Below, piece by piece: positions 9,206 through 18,278 of a stretch of 64,000 bases of DNA; the first letter of the stretch is position 1, and each line of letters begins with the position of its first letter. The position numbers and the translations under genes are program-made. Origin of the DNA: an uncultured Actinomycetota bacterium (GTDB taxonomy: Bacteria; Actinomycetota; Actinomycetes; Mycobacteriales; Mycobacteriaceae); the NCBI GenBank assembly GCA_963782405.1, contig CAWAJX010000012.1, positions 103,794 to 167,793 on the forward strand, in the 5' to 3' direction. A model generated the notes under the pieces. That model was not told the DNA's origin. It saw only the letters and a list, made by a program, of their open reading frames with translations, and made no database searches.

Positions 9206-11503
9206 TCAGGTGCGGGGGTGGGGGTCGAGTACCCGGTCGAGGGAGTTGAGGTCGGTTTCCAGTGCGTAGAAGGTGCGCAGGGTGATGAGGAAGGCGAAAA
9301 GCCCTCCGACGCAGAGTCCGACGATGGGGCCGATGACGGTTTGCTGTTGGTCGGGAGTGAGGAAGACGAGTCCGGCGGGTACGCCGATGAGCGGTACGCA
9401 GGCGGCGACGCCGAGGTAGATGCGGCTGCGGTGGACCATGCGTCGGAGCATGGCGGCGTCGGCGGGGGTGGTGGGGCCTGCGGCGACCAATCCCGGGTAG
9501 TACCAGCGCAATACGAAGTAGGTGACGGGGAAGTAGGTGTAGACGACCGCGACACCGGCGGCGACGAGGTTGCAGGCGACGAGGCTGATGGTGAGGCCCG
9601 CGGGTAGTCCGCCGAGGGTGTGGAGTTTGACGAGGAAGATGCCGAGTGCGGCGAGCCAGCCGGTGAAGGTGGCGATGGCGATGCGGTCGCCGCAGGCAAG
9701 GGTGGCGGCGCGGGCTCCGGCGAGGGTGTCGGCGTCGAATTGTCTGCCGCGTCGTAGTCCGTTGGGGACGACGAATACCGATCTGCACCAGTAGAGCAGG
9801 GCGGCGATGGCGATGGGGTAGCCGATGAGGATGACGATGATGCCGAGTCGTGCGATCTGGGTGGCGGCGTCGGGGCCGAGGGAGTCGCGGATGAGGCGCA
9901 GGTTGTGGGAGCCGAGGTAGAGCCCGGCGAGGAGGTGGCCGAGGAGGCTGGAGAGGGTGACCACCGGCATGGGGCGCATGCGGAGACGGGCGCGCAGGCT
10001 GTGGGTGGGTGGGTCGACGAGGTCGCGGGCGGCGCGGTCCTGGCTGAGGTCGAGTTGCTGGGCGAGTTCGGCGCCGGTGGTGTAGCGGTCGGCGGGGTCG
10101 GGGGACAGGCAGGTTAACAGGGCGTGGCGCAGGAGTGCGGGGGTGTCGGGTGGTAGGTCGGCGTCGAATCGTCGCTCGATGGGGGTGCGTCGCCGGTCGA
10201 TCATGTCTTGTAGTGATTGTTCGGTTTCGCCGGCGTCGTGGCCATCGTCGAAGGGGACGCGGCCGGTGAGCAGTTCCCAGAGGACGACGGCGAGGGCGTA
10301 GAGGTCGGCGCGGGTGTCCAGATCGGCTGCGGTCGTGTCGAGATTCGGGTGGCAGGCTTCGAGTTGTTCGGGTGCCATGTACGGCAGGGAGCCGCCGAAG
10401 TAGGCGACCGGGTTGGCGCCGGGGAGGTGGCGGCTGAAGCTGATGTTGAAGTCGGCGAGTTTGGGTTGTCCGTCGGCGGTGAGCAGGACGTTGGCGGGTT
10501 TGATGTCGCGATGCAGGATGCCGCGCCGGTTGGCATAGTCGAGGGCGGCGGCGAGTCGGCTGCCGAGGCGGGCGACTGTTTCGGGCCAGCTGAGGCGGGC
10601 GATTTCGGTGCGGGTGGGGGAGGGCTGGGGTTCGAGGACGCCGCCGGTGGTGGTGGCGGCGTCGATGGCCTCGAGTAGCAGTTGTCCGTCGCGCCGGTCG
10701 GGTGCGGTGTGGCGGAGCATGCGCAGGACGCCGAGCAGGGTGCCGCCGGGCACGTACTGCATGTACATGAGTTTGAGGTGCTGATCGGTGATCTGGCGTT
10801 TGTCGAAGACGCGGACGATGTTGTCGTGGTCGAGTTGGGCGAGGGTCTGAGGTTCGCTGCCGCGGTCGTGGGAGATCTTGACGGCGACGAGGCGGCCCAT
10901 CGAGCGTTGGCGAGCGAGGAAGACGCGGGCGAAGGCGCCTTGGCCGAGGGGGAGCAGGAGGTCGAAGTCGTCGACGGTGGCGCCGGGGTTGATGGTGTCG
11001 AGGGCGTCCAAGGCGGTGGGGTCGGCGAGCATGGTGGTGCGCGGGGCGGGTTCATCTCCGCTGCCGGTGCGGACCGGACTGTCATGGAGGTCGGTGTCGA
11101 GTCCTTCGGTGATGCGGGCCATCTGGGTGGGGTAGTCCTGCCGGTATTCGGTGAGGTCGACGTCGTGGTGGTCGCGACGGCTGCGGGCGTTGATCTCTTC
11201 GTAGACGAGGTCGGGGGGCAGTGGCGCGGCGGTGAGTTCGGGGAATCGGCGGCTGTAGTCGGCGAGGCGGGGGGCGTCGGTCTCGCGCTGCCAGCGTTCG
11301 TGCAGGTCGACTTTGATGAGCTCGATCAGGGCGCTGCGGCGCAGGGCGGGTTCTGCGGGCAGGTGTGCGGAGAGATCGGGGGGTTCGCCCGCTGTCTGCC
11401 ACTGCTGGGCGAACCGGGCGACCAGGGATGTCAACGCGGTCTGCGTTGCGGTGGCGCGGTCGGCACCGGGGTCGGGTGCGGTCGCGCCGAGGTCGTCTGT
11501 CAT
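9206..11503 (-). CDS. Hanks-type Ser/Thr protein kinase with C-terminal membrane helices
   Basis: GQGAFARV, VAVK, HRDIKPAN, DFN, YMAPEQ, DLYALA; about 5 hydrophobic C-terminal segments; start set at ATG 11503. Confidence 0.9.
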   Translation of the reverse strand: MTDDLGATAPDPGADRATATQTALTSLVARFAQQWQTAGEPPDLSAHLPAEPALRRSALIELIKVDLHERWQRETDAPRLADYSRRFPELTAAPLPPDLVYEEINARSRRDHHDVDLTEYRQDYPTQMARITEGLDTDLHDSPVRTGSGDEPAPRTTMLADPTALDALDTINPGATVDDFDLLLPLGQGAFARVFLARQRSMGRLVAVKISHDRGSEPQTLAQLDHDNIVRVFDKRQITDQHLKLMYMQYVPGGTLLGVLRMLRHTAPDRRDGQLLLEAIDAATTTGGVLEPQPSPTRTEIARLSWPETVARLGSRLAAALDYANRRGILHRDIKPANVLLTADGQPKLADFNISFSRHLPGANPVAYFGGSLPYMAPEQLEACHPNLDTTAADLDTRADLYALAVVLWELLTGRVPFDDGHDAGETEQSLQDMIDRRRTPIERRFDADLPPDTPALLRHALLTCLSPDPADRYTTGAELAQQLDLSQDRAARDLVDPPTHSLRARLRMRPMPVVTLSSLLGHLLAGLYLGSHNLRLIRDSLGPDAATQIARLGIIVILIGYPIAIAALLYWCRSVFVVPNGLRRGRQFDADTLAGARAATLACGDRIAIATFTGWLAALGIFLVKLHTLGGLPAGLTISLVACNLVAAGVAVVYTYFPVTYFVLRWYYPGLVAAGPTTPADAAMLRRMVHRSRIYLGVAACVPLIGVPAGLVFLTPDQQQTVIGPIVGLCVGGLFAFLITLRTFYALETDLNSLDRVLDPHPRT

Positions 11504-11789
11504 CCTCGCTCGCTTCGAGATCGGTGGTACCCGGGCCCGCACCCGAGATAGGTGAATCCTCCCATGAATCTTGGTGAACTTGCCGATACCGTTACGTTAT
11601 ACGGGAATTCGCGCAGGGTGTGCCGAGGGCCGTGGGTCCGGTGACGGGAAGGTGCGCGGGTGCGGGCCGGCCGGCGGCGGGTTGCGGACGCAGTCTGGCA
11701 TTAGTTGACCGAAGCGAGATAGGCTCCGCGTGATCGTCTAGTCAACCGAGCGGCCGTTGGGGGGTCGTTCTCGTCGAAAGGGGACCGCG

Positions 11790-12536
11790 GTGTCGGTGCC
11801 GGCCGCTGTGAAATCCGAGATCCAGAACATCGGGGGCGCGTTCATGTTCTCCCGCGAGACGAAGGCGTTCGGTGCGAGCACCGGGGTGGATGGTTTCATC
11901 GGCCCCTACACCCGGGGCCGAGGCGGCGTGCTCGGCGATGTCGACGCCGATGTGGTTGCGGCGGCGTTCGGGTTCTTCGAACCGGCGACGGTGCGCGCGG
12001 CGTGGGAGTCGGTGCCGATGCCCGCGGCCGAGGCCGCGGCGGGATATCTGGCCGCGTGCCGGGATTTCGGCCGCCGCAAACTGGCCGGATTCGATTCCGG
12101 TGAGAGGCTGGCCGAGCTGTTGCAGGTGGTGGTCGACGGTGCCGATGTCGCGGGTGTGGGCCTGTTCGCGGGCTGGCGGGCGCAGCCGCCGGCGCCGGAC
12201 GCGCGCGGGCAGGTGCTGCAGTTGATCCACTGTCTGCGCGAGCTGCGCGGCGGTGTGCATCTGACGGCGGTGCTGGCGACGGGATTGTCACCGTTCGAGG
12301 CGGTCCTGATCGGCGGTTCTCCGCTGGCCGACGGTCCGGCGCAGGCGCGCAGGTTCGGATGGGGTGAGCAGGTGGACTCGACGGAGGTGACCGCGGCGAT
12401 GCGGCAGCGCTGGGACGCGGCGGAGGCGCTGACCGATGAGCTGATCGCCCCGGCGTTCGCGGGGTTGGACGAAGCGGCGGCCAAGGAGCTGGTCACGCTG
12501 CTGCAGGCCGCGCACGCTACCGTTTTCACCCGGTGA
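11790..12536 (+). CDS. SCO6745-family conserved actinobacterial protein
   Basis: YTRGRGGVLGDVDADVVAAAFGFF and LRELRGGVH motifs; GTG 11790 preceded by AAGGGGA. Confidence 0.75.
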   Translation: MSVPAAVKSEIQNIGGAFMFSRETKAFGASTGVDGFIGPYTRGRGGVLGDVDADVVAAAFGFFEPATVRAAWESVPMPAAEAAAGYLAACRDFGRRKLAGFDSGERLAELLQVVVDGADVAGVGLFAGWRAQPPAPDARGQVLQLIHCLRELRGGVHLTAVLATGLSPFEAVLIGGSPLADGPAQARRFGWGEQVDSTEVTAAMRQRWDAAEALTDELIAPAFAGLDEAAAKELVTLLQAAHATVFTR

Positions 12537-12579
12537 CGGCGGGCCGGTGCCGGCCCGCGATGACCTGTGGTCGCGCGTT

Positions 12580-12608
12580 GCCATACTGACGTAGGCTGAC
12601 GGTATGGC
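12580..12608. promoter_or_regulatory. Putative autoregulatory operator of the first TA pair
   Basis: Inverted repeat GCCATAC-N15-GTATGGC overlapping ATG 12604, with an internal CTGACG direct repeat. Confidence 0.45.
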
Positions 12609-12876
12609 GGAGACGAGGAAGGTGACGATCTCGGTCCCGAAGGACGATGTGTCCACCCTGGAGCGGTGGAAGGCCTCGGGACGGATCGACAACGTCTCCG
12701 CCTACGTGTCGGCTGCACTGCGCGATCGGATGGATCGGGATATCTCCTTGGACGCGATCGAATCCACCTTCGGAGGTGTGCCGCCGTTGGACCTGGTGAA
12801 TCAGGCCCGCGGGATGCAGGGATTGCCGCCGTTGACGGCGGAGGATCTGCGGCGCCCCAGCGCCGGCGCCGCGTGA
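12604..12876 (+). CDS. Putative antitoxin (ribbon-helix-helix-like)
   Basis: RKVTISVP strand followed by NVSAYVSAALRDRM helix; stop overlaps the next start (GTGA). Confidence 0.6.
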   Translation: MAETRKVTISVPKDDVSTLERWKASGRIDNVSAYVSAALRDRMDRDISLDAIESTFGGVPPLDLVNQARGMQGLPPLTAEDLRRPSAGAA

Positions 12877-13280
12877 GCCCGGCGGCTCTGGGCGGTGTCG
12901 TATTCGACACCGCCGCGGTGGTCGGCTGGACGCGGCGGCTGCCGTATGTGCATGCGGTGGCGTGGGCGACGGCGGAGGCGGGACACACAATTGTTGTGCC
13001 CGCCGCGGTCGCGGCGGCGGGTCAAGCACTGATCCGGCCGGATCGACTGGATATCCTCGCGGTATTGCTGGAGTTGCCGCACACCGTGGTCACCGGTCTC
13101 GATATCGGGGCGGCGTCGCGGGTGGCGGCTCTGCTGGCCGGCCGGTCGGACGCGGATGCGCTGATCGCGGCCGGACAGGCCGCCGGTGAGGCGGTAGCGC
13201 GCAATTGGCCGTGCCTGACCGCGCGGCCGGATATGTTGCGGCGCATCGACCATCAGGTTCTGGTCGATCCGCTGCCCTGA
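12873..13280 (+). CDS. Putative PIN-domain (VapC-like) toxin
   Basis: VVFDTAAV (first Asp), IVVPAAV, DADALIAA, CLTARPD layout; translationally coupled to the upstream gene. Confidence 0.6.
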   Translation: MSPAALGGVVFDTAAVVGWTRRLPYVHAVAWATAEAGHTIVVPAAVAAAGQALIRPDRLDILAVLLELPHTVVTGLDIGAASRVAALLAGRSDADALIAAGQAAGEAVARNWPCLTARPDMLRRIDHQVLVDPLP

Positions 13281-13314
13281 CCGACGGCCGCGTGAGGACG
13301 AGGAGAGGACCGCG

Positions 13315-13857
13315 ATGATGGCACCGGCCCTGAGCCCCAGGATTTCCCGGCTGCGTGGGCTGATCGACCATCCGGCCACACCGTCGGCCGAACGTGATGC
13401 GGCCCAGCGGATGCTGGATCGGATTCTTGCCAAGCATCCGCCGTCGGGGCCGGTGGGCGATCGCGATTACGGGCAGCGGTATCACCGGGTCGGCCGTCAT
13501 GCCACGCTGGGCAGCATCGCCGAAATGATCGGTCAGGACATCGCTTTCGCGAAGATCTTCAGCATGCCGCAGCATCGTGCCGAGATCGTCGAGCGGTCAC
13601 CGATCCGCGATGCGCCGGTGGAGATCGGCTATTCGGTAGCCGCACCGTATGTCGGCAAGATCATCGTGACGATCGAGGGGGTACCGCGGGAGTGGGGGTG
13701 GGTGAGCGATTGCGGGATCGACAATCCGAGTCCGGCGCTGCAGGAACTGGCCGACGAGGTGGCCGAGATCATGAATGCCTACAACCATGACGGCAGCGAT
13801 ATCGGTAAGCGGTTCTTCGCCGGCGTGCGGGTTCCGCAGCGCACGCTGATCTGGTGA
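13315..13857 (+). CDS. Hypothetical protein (N-terminal helical hairpin reminiscent of DUF2786)
   Basis: RISRLRGLIDHPATPSAERDAAQRMLDRILAKH; RBS GGAGAGG upstream. Confidence 0.65.
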   Translation: MMAPALSPRISRLRGLIDHPATPSAERDAAQRMLDRILAKHPPSGPVGDRDYGQRYHRVGRHATLGSIAEMIGQDIAFAKIFSMPQHRAEIVERSPIRDAPVEIGYSVAAPYVGKIIVTIEGVPREWGWVSDCGIDNPSPALQELADEVAEIMNAYNHDGSDIGKRFFAGVRVPQRTLIW

Positions 13858-13878
13858 GGCCGGCCCGCCGGTAGGTGA

Positions 13879-14811
13879 TCATCGCGGCGATGTGCCGAAC
13901 GGGGCGGCGCCTTCGCGCAATGCCTCGATCACGGCCGACACCTCCGGTGCTGGTGGGGCCGGCAGGCGGATCAGTGCGATGCGGCGTAGTTCGGCGGCGC
14001 CGTGGTGGTCCGGGCCGGTGACCACGCGCAGGCACACCACCCCGGCCGGCGGTGTGGGGAACAGGCCCGCCGGCACCGTGGTGACTCCGCAGCCGGCGGC
14101 GACCAGCGACAGTTTGGTCAGCCAGTCGCGGGCGCGATGCACGATGCGGGGACGACCGGGCAGGCCGGGCCACACACCGAGCATGGGCTCATCACCGGCG
14201 GGCGGACTCGCGATCCACGCGATGTCGGACAGTTCGTCGACGGTGACGGTGCCGCGACCGGCAAAGCGGTCGGTGGCGGGTGCGGCGACGAGTAGTTCCA
14301 CATCGGCGAGGTGGTCGACGGCCAGGCGCGGCAGTTCGGTGTCGGGCGGGCGGTGCGGCGGCCGCGAGGTAATGACGGCCAGGTCCAGGTTCCCGGCTCG
14401 GACCGCTCGTATCAGCGTGGGTGTGGTGGCTTCGCGGGTGGACACTTCGAGTGCGGGGTGAGTGTGGCGTAGGGACGCGAGCGCGTGGGGGATCAGGACC
14501 GCGCCGGCGCTGACGATTGCGCCGAGCCGGACCTGGCGGGGACGGTGGTCGATTCCGTCGAGTTCGCGCCGGGCCGCGTCGAGGGCGTCGAGGACGACGC
14601 GGGCGTGCCGGACCAGGGTCAGCCCGGCGGGGGTGAGTCGCACTCCGCTGTGGTGGCGGTCGAACAGTCGGGTGCCCGCGGCGTGTTCGAGTGCGGCGAC
14701 CTGGCGGGAGATCGCGGACTGGGTGTAGCCGAGGCTCACCGCGGCCGCGGTGAACGAGCCCCGTTCGGCGACCTCGGCCAGCAGCCGCAGTCCGGCCGGT
14801 GACAGTTCCAT
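13879..14811 (-). CDS. LysR-family regulator
   Basis: GSFTAAAVSLGYTQSAISRQVAALE...LFDR...LTPAG. Confidence 0.95.
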   Translation of the reverse strand: MELSPAGLRLLAEVAERGSFTAAAVSLGYTQSAISRQVAALEHAAGTRLFDRHHSGVRLTPAGLTLVRHARVVLDALDAARRELDGIDHRPRQVRLGAIVSAGAVLIPHALASLRHTHPALEVSTREATTPTLIRAVRAGNLDLAVITSRPPHRPPDTELPRLAVDHLADVELLVAAPATDRFAGRGTVTVDELSDIAWIASPPAGDEPMLGVWPGLPGRPRIVHRARDWLTKLSLVAAGCGVTTVPAGLFPTPPAGVVCLRVVTGPDHHGAAELRRIALIRLPAPPAPEVSAVIEALREGAAPFGTSPR

Positions 14812-14913
14812 GATTATCCGGCATACCAGATATGCCGAACATTCGCTGGCCGCATCGCACGATATCGACTTACGTTGGCGAGGAAGCGAATCGGTGATCG
14901 GAAGGAGGCCGCG

Positions 14914-16014
14914 ATGCATGCGGCGGTGTTGGAGCGGTTCGGGCAGCCGCTGACGGTGACGCGGGTGCCCGATCCGGTGGCGGGTCCGGGAGGGGTGCTG
15001 GTCGAGGTGCTGGCGACCTGTGTGCTGCCCTATGCGGCGGAGGTTTTCGGCGGGGCGCGGCGATATCCGCTGGAACCACCGGTGATTCCGGGGATGGGCG
15101 GGGTGGGGCGGGTGGTGACGGCCGGACCGGACGCGACCCGCCTGCGCACGGGCGACCTGGTGTGGTGTGATCCGACCGTACGCTCGCGCGACGATGCCCG
15201 CACACCCGACATCACGTTGCAGGGCTGGAGTTCACGCGGTGGGGGCGGGCTGCGGCTGTCGCGGCATTTTCATCACGGTTCGTTCGCCGAACTGATGGTG
15301 GTCCCCACCGAGAACGCGGTACCGCTGGGCGCGTTCGATCCGCAGGACAATGCGCGCTGGGCGGCGCTGGCGGTGTCGGCGGTGCCCTATGGCGGGTGGC
15401 TGGCGGCGGGTCTGCAAGCGGGAGAGACGGTGCTGGTCAGTGGGGCGAGCGGGAATTTCGGTGGTGCTGCGGTAGCGGTCGCGCTGGCGATGGGGGCGGC
15501 GCGGGTGGTGGCCCCCGGGCGCAATCGCGGCGCGCTGGCCCGGTTGCGGGAGCGCTTCGGTGATCGGGTCCGGCCGGTGGTGCTGACCGGCGATCCCGGC
15601 GCCGACACCGCGGCGATGCGATCGGCTGCCGGGCGCGCGGTGGATGTTGTCCTCGACATCTTGCCGCCTGCCGCCGATCCGGCGGCTGTGCGCGCCGCGG
15701 CGATGACGGTGCGCGAATTCGGCCGGGTGGTGCTGATGGGCGGGGTCGGGATGCTGGGCGGACCGGATCTGGCGTTGCCGTATCCGTGGCTGATGCGCAA
15801 CGGCGTGACGGTGCGCGGGCAGTGGATGTGTTCGCGGGCCGCGATCGCGCAGTTGATCGAGCTGGTCGATGCGGGATTGCTGAATTTGTCGGGGGAGACG
15901 GTCACGACCTTCGAGCTCGGTGAGGTGAATGCGGCGATCGCTCATGCCGCGGCCCATCCGGCGGCGTTCGATCGCACGATCCTGGTGCCGCGACACACAC
16001 CGGTGCCCGATTGA
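14914..16014 (+). CDS. MDR/zinc-binding alcohol-dehydrogenase-family protein
   Basis: MHAAVLERFG; GETVLVSGASGNFG; RBS AAGGAGG; divergent from the LysR gene. Confidence 0.85.
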   Translation: MHAAVLERFGQPLTVTRVPDPVAGPGGVLVEVLATCVLPYAAEVFGGARRYPLEPPVIPGMGGVGRVVTAGPDATRLRTGDLVWCDPTVRSRDDARTPDITLQGWSSRGGGGLRLSRHFHHGSFAELMVVPTENAVPLGAFDPQDNARWAALAVSAVPYGGWLAAGLQAGETVLVSGASGNFGGAAVAVALAMGAARVVAPGRNRGALARLRERFGDRVRPVVLTGDPGADTAAMRSAAGRAVDVVLDILPPAADPAAVRAAAMTVREFGRVVLMGGVGMLGGPDLALPYPWLMRNGVTVRGQWMCSRAAIAQLIELVDAGLLNLSGETVTTFELGEVNAAIAHAAAHPAAFDRTILVPRHTPVPD

Positions 16015-16015
16015 G

Positions 16016-16031
16016 TAATACCCGCGTATTA
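16016..16031. promoter_or_regulatory. Putative operator overlapping the -10 element of the second TA pair
   Basis: Perfect inverted repeat TAATAC-CCGC-GTATTA overlapping TATTAT, 10 nt before GTG 16042. Confidence 0.55.
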
Positions 16032-16041
16032 TGGTGACTGC

Positions 16042-16353
16042 GTGGAGTACGCATGGTGGATCGGAGTCCACTCGTTCCTGGCTCGGGCGGATGTGGCGCC
16101 CTGGGAGGTGATGGAAGTGTTGTACTCGTCTCGGCGCTGGCCGCGCCCGGCCCGCACCGCCGCGGGCCTTCCGGTCGCCACCGTGTGGGGCCGTACCGAC
16201 GACGGCCGGCCGCTGGTGGTGCTGCTGCGGGAGCTGCCGACTCCCGTCGATATTCAGCAGATACAGTCGCGGGGCACGTGGGAGATCATCATGGCCGCAC
16301 AGATGCGCTCGCGACAGCTCGAGGAATTCACGGCATGGGAGGCGAACCGATGA
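16042..16353 (+). CDS. Putative BrnT/RelE-fold-like toxin
   Basis: EVMEVLY ... VWGRTDDGRPLVVLL ... IIMAAQM...QLEEF resembles the BrnT GRTxxGRxLxVV...IxAR pattern; ATGA overlap with the next gene. Confidence 0.5.
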   Translation: MEYAWWIGVHSFLARADVAPWEVMEVLYSSRRWPRPARTAAGLPVATVWGRTDDGRPLVVLLRELPTPVDIQQIQSRGTWEIIMAAQMRSRQLEEFTAWEANR

Positions 16354-16673
16354 GCCACGATCACACCTTCGAACCGAACCCCGGCGCCGACCCGCAGGCG
16401 CTGGTGGACGCGCTGGTCTTCGACGACACCGCGCCCGCGCCCACGCTGCCGCCCACCGGTGCGGAGATCGAGCGCGGCATGGTGACCACCTCGCTGAAGC
16501 TGCCGAAGGATCTGCGCGACCGCGTGCGCGAGGCGGCCGCCGAGCATTGCGTCACGCCGTCGATGCTGATCCGCCAGTACATCGAGATGGGGTTGCTGGC
16601 CGAGCAGCCCGGCCGGATGATCCCGCTCTCGGATGCGATCCGGGTACTGAGCAGCTTGCGCCCGTCGGCGTGA
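16350..16673 (+). CDS. CopG/RHH-domain protein (putative BrnA-like antitoxin)
   Basis: MVTTSLKLPKDLRDRVREAAAEHCVTPSMLIRQYIE RHH after an acidic, Pro-rich N-terminus. Confidence 0.65.
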   Translation: MSHDHTFEPNPGADPQALVDALVFDDTAPAPTLPPTGAEIERGMVTTSLKLPKDLRDRVREAAAEHCVTPSMLIRQYIEMGLLAEQPGRMIPLSDAIRVLSSLRPSA

Positions 16674-16676
16674 GAT

Positions 16677-17231
16677 CTACATCCGGCTGAGGATGTCGAG
16701 CGCGATCCGCGTCGCCGCCGCGTTGCTCTGCTCGTCGCTCAGGTCCAGATCGCCCATCATCGACAGGCTCCAGCTCACCGCGAGCAGTGCTTGGCGGGCG
16801 TGGAAGATCGCCGGCGGCGACTGCTGCGGTGCCGCCACCAGATCGCCCAGCACCCGGAACTGGTAGCGCAGCCCCGTGCCGATGTCCAAGGCCCGGAACG
16901 CGGACTGGTTCTCGGTCCAGAACCGGATCATGCTCTTGCCGAGACCGTGGAGCAGTGCGCCGTAGCGCAGCACGATCTGTTCGGAACGCTGCGGACCGGG
17001 CGCCTGGGTCTGCGCCCACGCCACGATGTCGTCGATGCCGGCGCGCAGATCCTCCGACAGGCTGACGACGATGTCCTCCTTACTGCGGAAGTGGTAGTAG
17101 AGCGCGGCCTTGGTGACCCCGAGTCGTTCGGCGATCTCGCGCAGCGAGGTCTTGTCGTAGCCGTGCTCGGCGAACAATTCCATGGCCACCGCGCGGATCC
17201 GTTCCCGCGTGTCACTTCGACGCCTGTCCAT
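16677..17231 (-). CDS. TetR-family regulator
   Basis: TSLREIAERLGVTKAALYYHFRSKE. Confidence 0.95.
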   Translation of the reverse strand: MDRRRSDTRERIRAVAMELFAEHGYDKTSLREIAERLGVTKAALYYHFRSKEDIVVSLSEDLRAGIDDIVAWAQTQAPGPQRSEQIVLRYGALLHGLGKSMIRFWTENQSAFRALDIGTGLRYQFRVLGDLVAAPQQSPPAIFHARQALLAVSWSLSMMGDLDLSDEQSNAAATRIALDILSRM

Positions 17232-17314
17232 CGACCCTCTCAGATTACTTGACGACCGGTAAGGTAAATACTACCGTGGCGGCAAAGACGCAGGGCCATC
17301 GGATGGGGAGAATC

Positions 17315-18181
17315 ATGACCGAGCAGACCTCGAATGTGCCGGTAGCGGGTGTGGCGATGACGGCAGTGGGGGTCGCGGTGATCCGGGCACGCGAAACCGC
17401 GCGTACCGACCGGCTCTACGTCGATCCGCTGGCCGCGGTGTTCGCGGCGGCGGCGCGGGCCGGATTCGATGAGCAGCGGTGGCAGCGGCTGGAAGCGCTG
17501 GCCGATCAGTTCTATGAAGGCCGCACGGTCGGGGTGCGGCTGGTCGACGACCGGTTCCGCGCCGCGGTGGACGCCGGCGTCGATCAATTCGTGCTGCTCG
17601 GTGCCGGGCTCGACACCCGGGCGTTCCGGATGGACCTACCACCACGTGTGCGGATCTACGAGATCGATCTGCCCGAGACCTTCGCCTTCAAGGAGCCGGT
17701 GCTCGACAGGGCGGGCCCGGTGGCGAGCTGCGGGCGCCACGTCGTGGTCGCCGATCTGCGCGCGGATTGGCCGAAAGCGTTGCTGGAGTGCGGATTCCGG
17801 ACCGACCAGCCGACCTCGTGGGTCGATGAGGGAAGTCTGGGAACGCTGACGCAGGAGTGGAACCGGCGGGTGGTTACCACCCTGACCGGCCTGTCGGCGC
17901 CGGGCAGCCTGTTCGGTACGAGCAGGCTGGTCGCCGAACCCGATGGTGCGCAATATCGGGAACTGCGGCGCATGGTCGCCGATGTCGCACCCGATGCCCA
18001 GGCACCGGCCGCGCCGGTCGCCGAGGTCGAGGTCGATGTCGATGTCGAGCAGTGGCTGGGGGAGTTGGGGTGGGATACCGAATTCCGCAGCTGGAACGAC
18101 ATGGTCGCCGGGCTCGGCCGCCCCGCTGCCGTGCCCGACCCGCGCATCGGCAGCATTTCCGCGGTACGCCGGGCCCACTGA
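17315..18181 (+). CDS. SAM-dependent methyltransferase (LCM/Rv0893c-like)
   Basis: TAVGVAVIRARE, QFVLLGAGLDTRAFR, YEIDLP, VVADLRADW. Confidence 0.9.
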   Translation: MTEQTSNVPVAGVAMTAVGVAVIRARETARTDRLYVDPLAAVFAAAARAGFDEQRWQRLEALADQFYEGRTVGVRLVDDRFRAAVDAGVDQFVLLGAGLDTRAFRMDLPPRVRIYEIDLPETFAFKEPVLDRAGPVASCGRHVVVADLRADWPKALLECGFRTDQPTSWVDEGSLGTLTQEWNRRVVTTLTGLSAPGSLFGTSRLVAEPDGAQYRELRRMVADVAPDAQAPAAPVAEVEVDVDVEQWLGELGWDTEFRSWNDMVAGLGRPAAVPDPRIGSISAVRRAH

Positions 18182-18229
18182 TACGCCCTGTGGCGACCGG
18201 GCGCCCGGCGAGGCGGGCTGCGTCGCTGG

Positions 18230-18261
18230 TTATTAAGCCAACTGTGCAGCTGGCTTAATAA
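18230..18261. promoter_or_regulatory. Putative MarR operator
   Basis: TTATTAAGCCA-N10-TGGCTTAATAA, perfect 11-bp arms directly upstream of marR. Confidence 0.65.
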
Positions 18262-18278
18262 AATGGTAGTGTGGGGGT

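Noticed and set aside
6837-11542. Strongly G/T-rich plus strand suggesting foreign DNA
   Set aside because: Explained by C-ending codon bias of minus-strand genes; no mobility genes or att sites
11700-11752. TAGTTGACCGA / TAGTCAACCGA near-repeat upstream of the SCO6745-like gene
   Set aside because: Short and imperfect; no adjacent regulator to assign; not enough support
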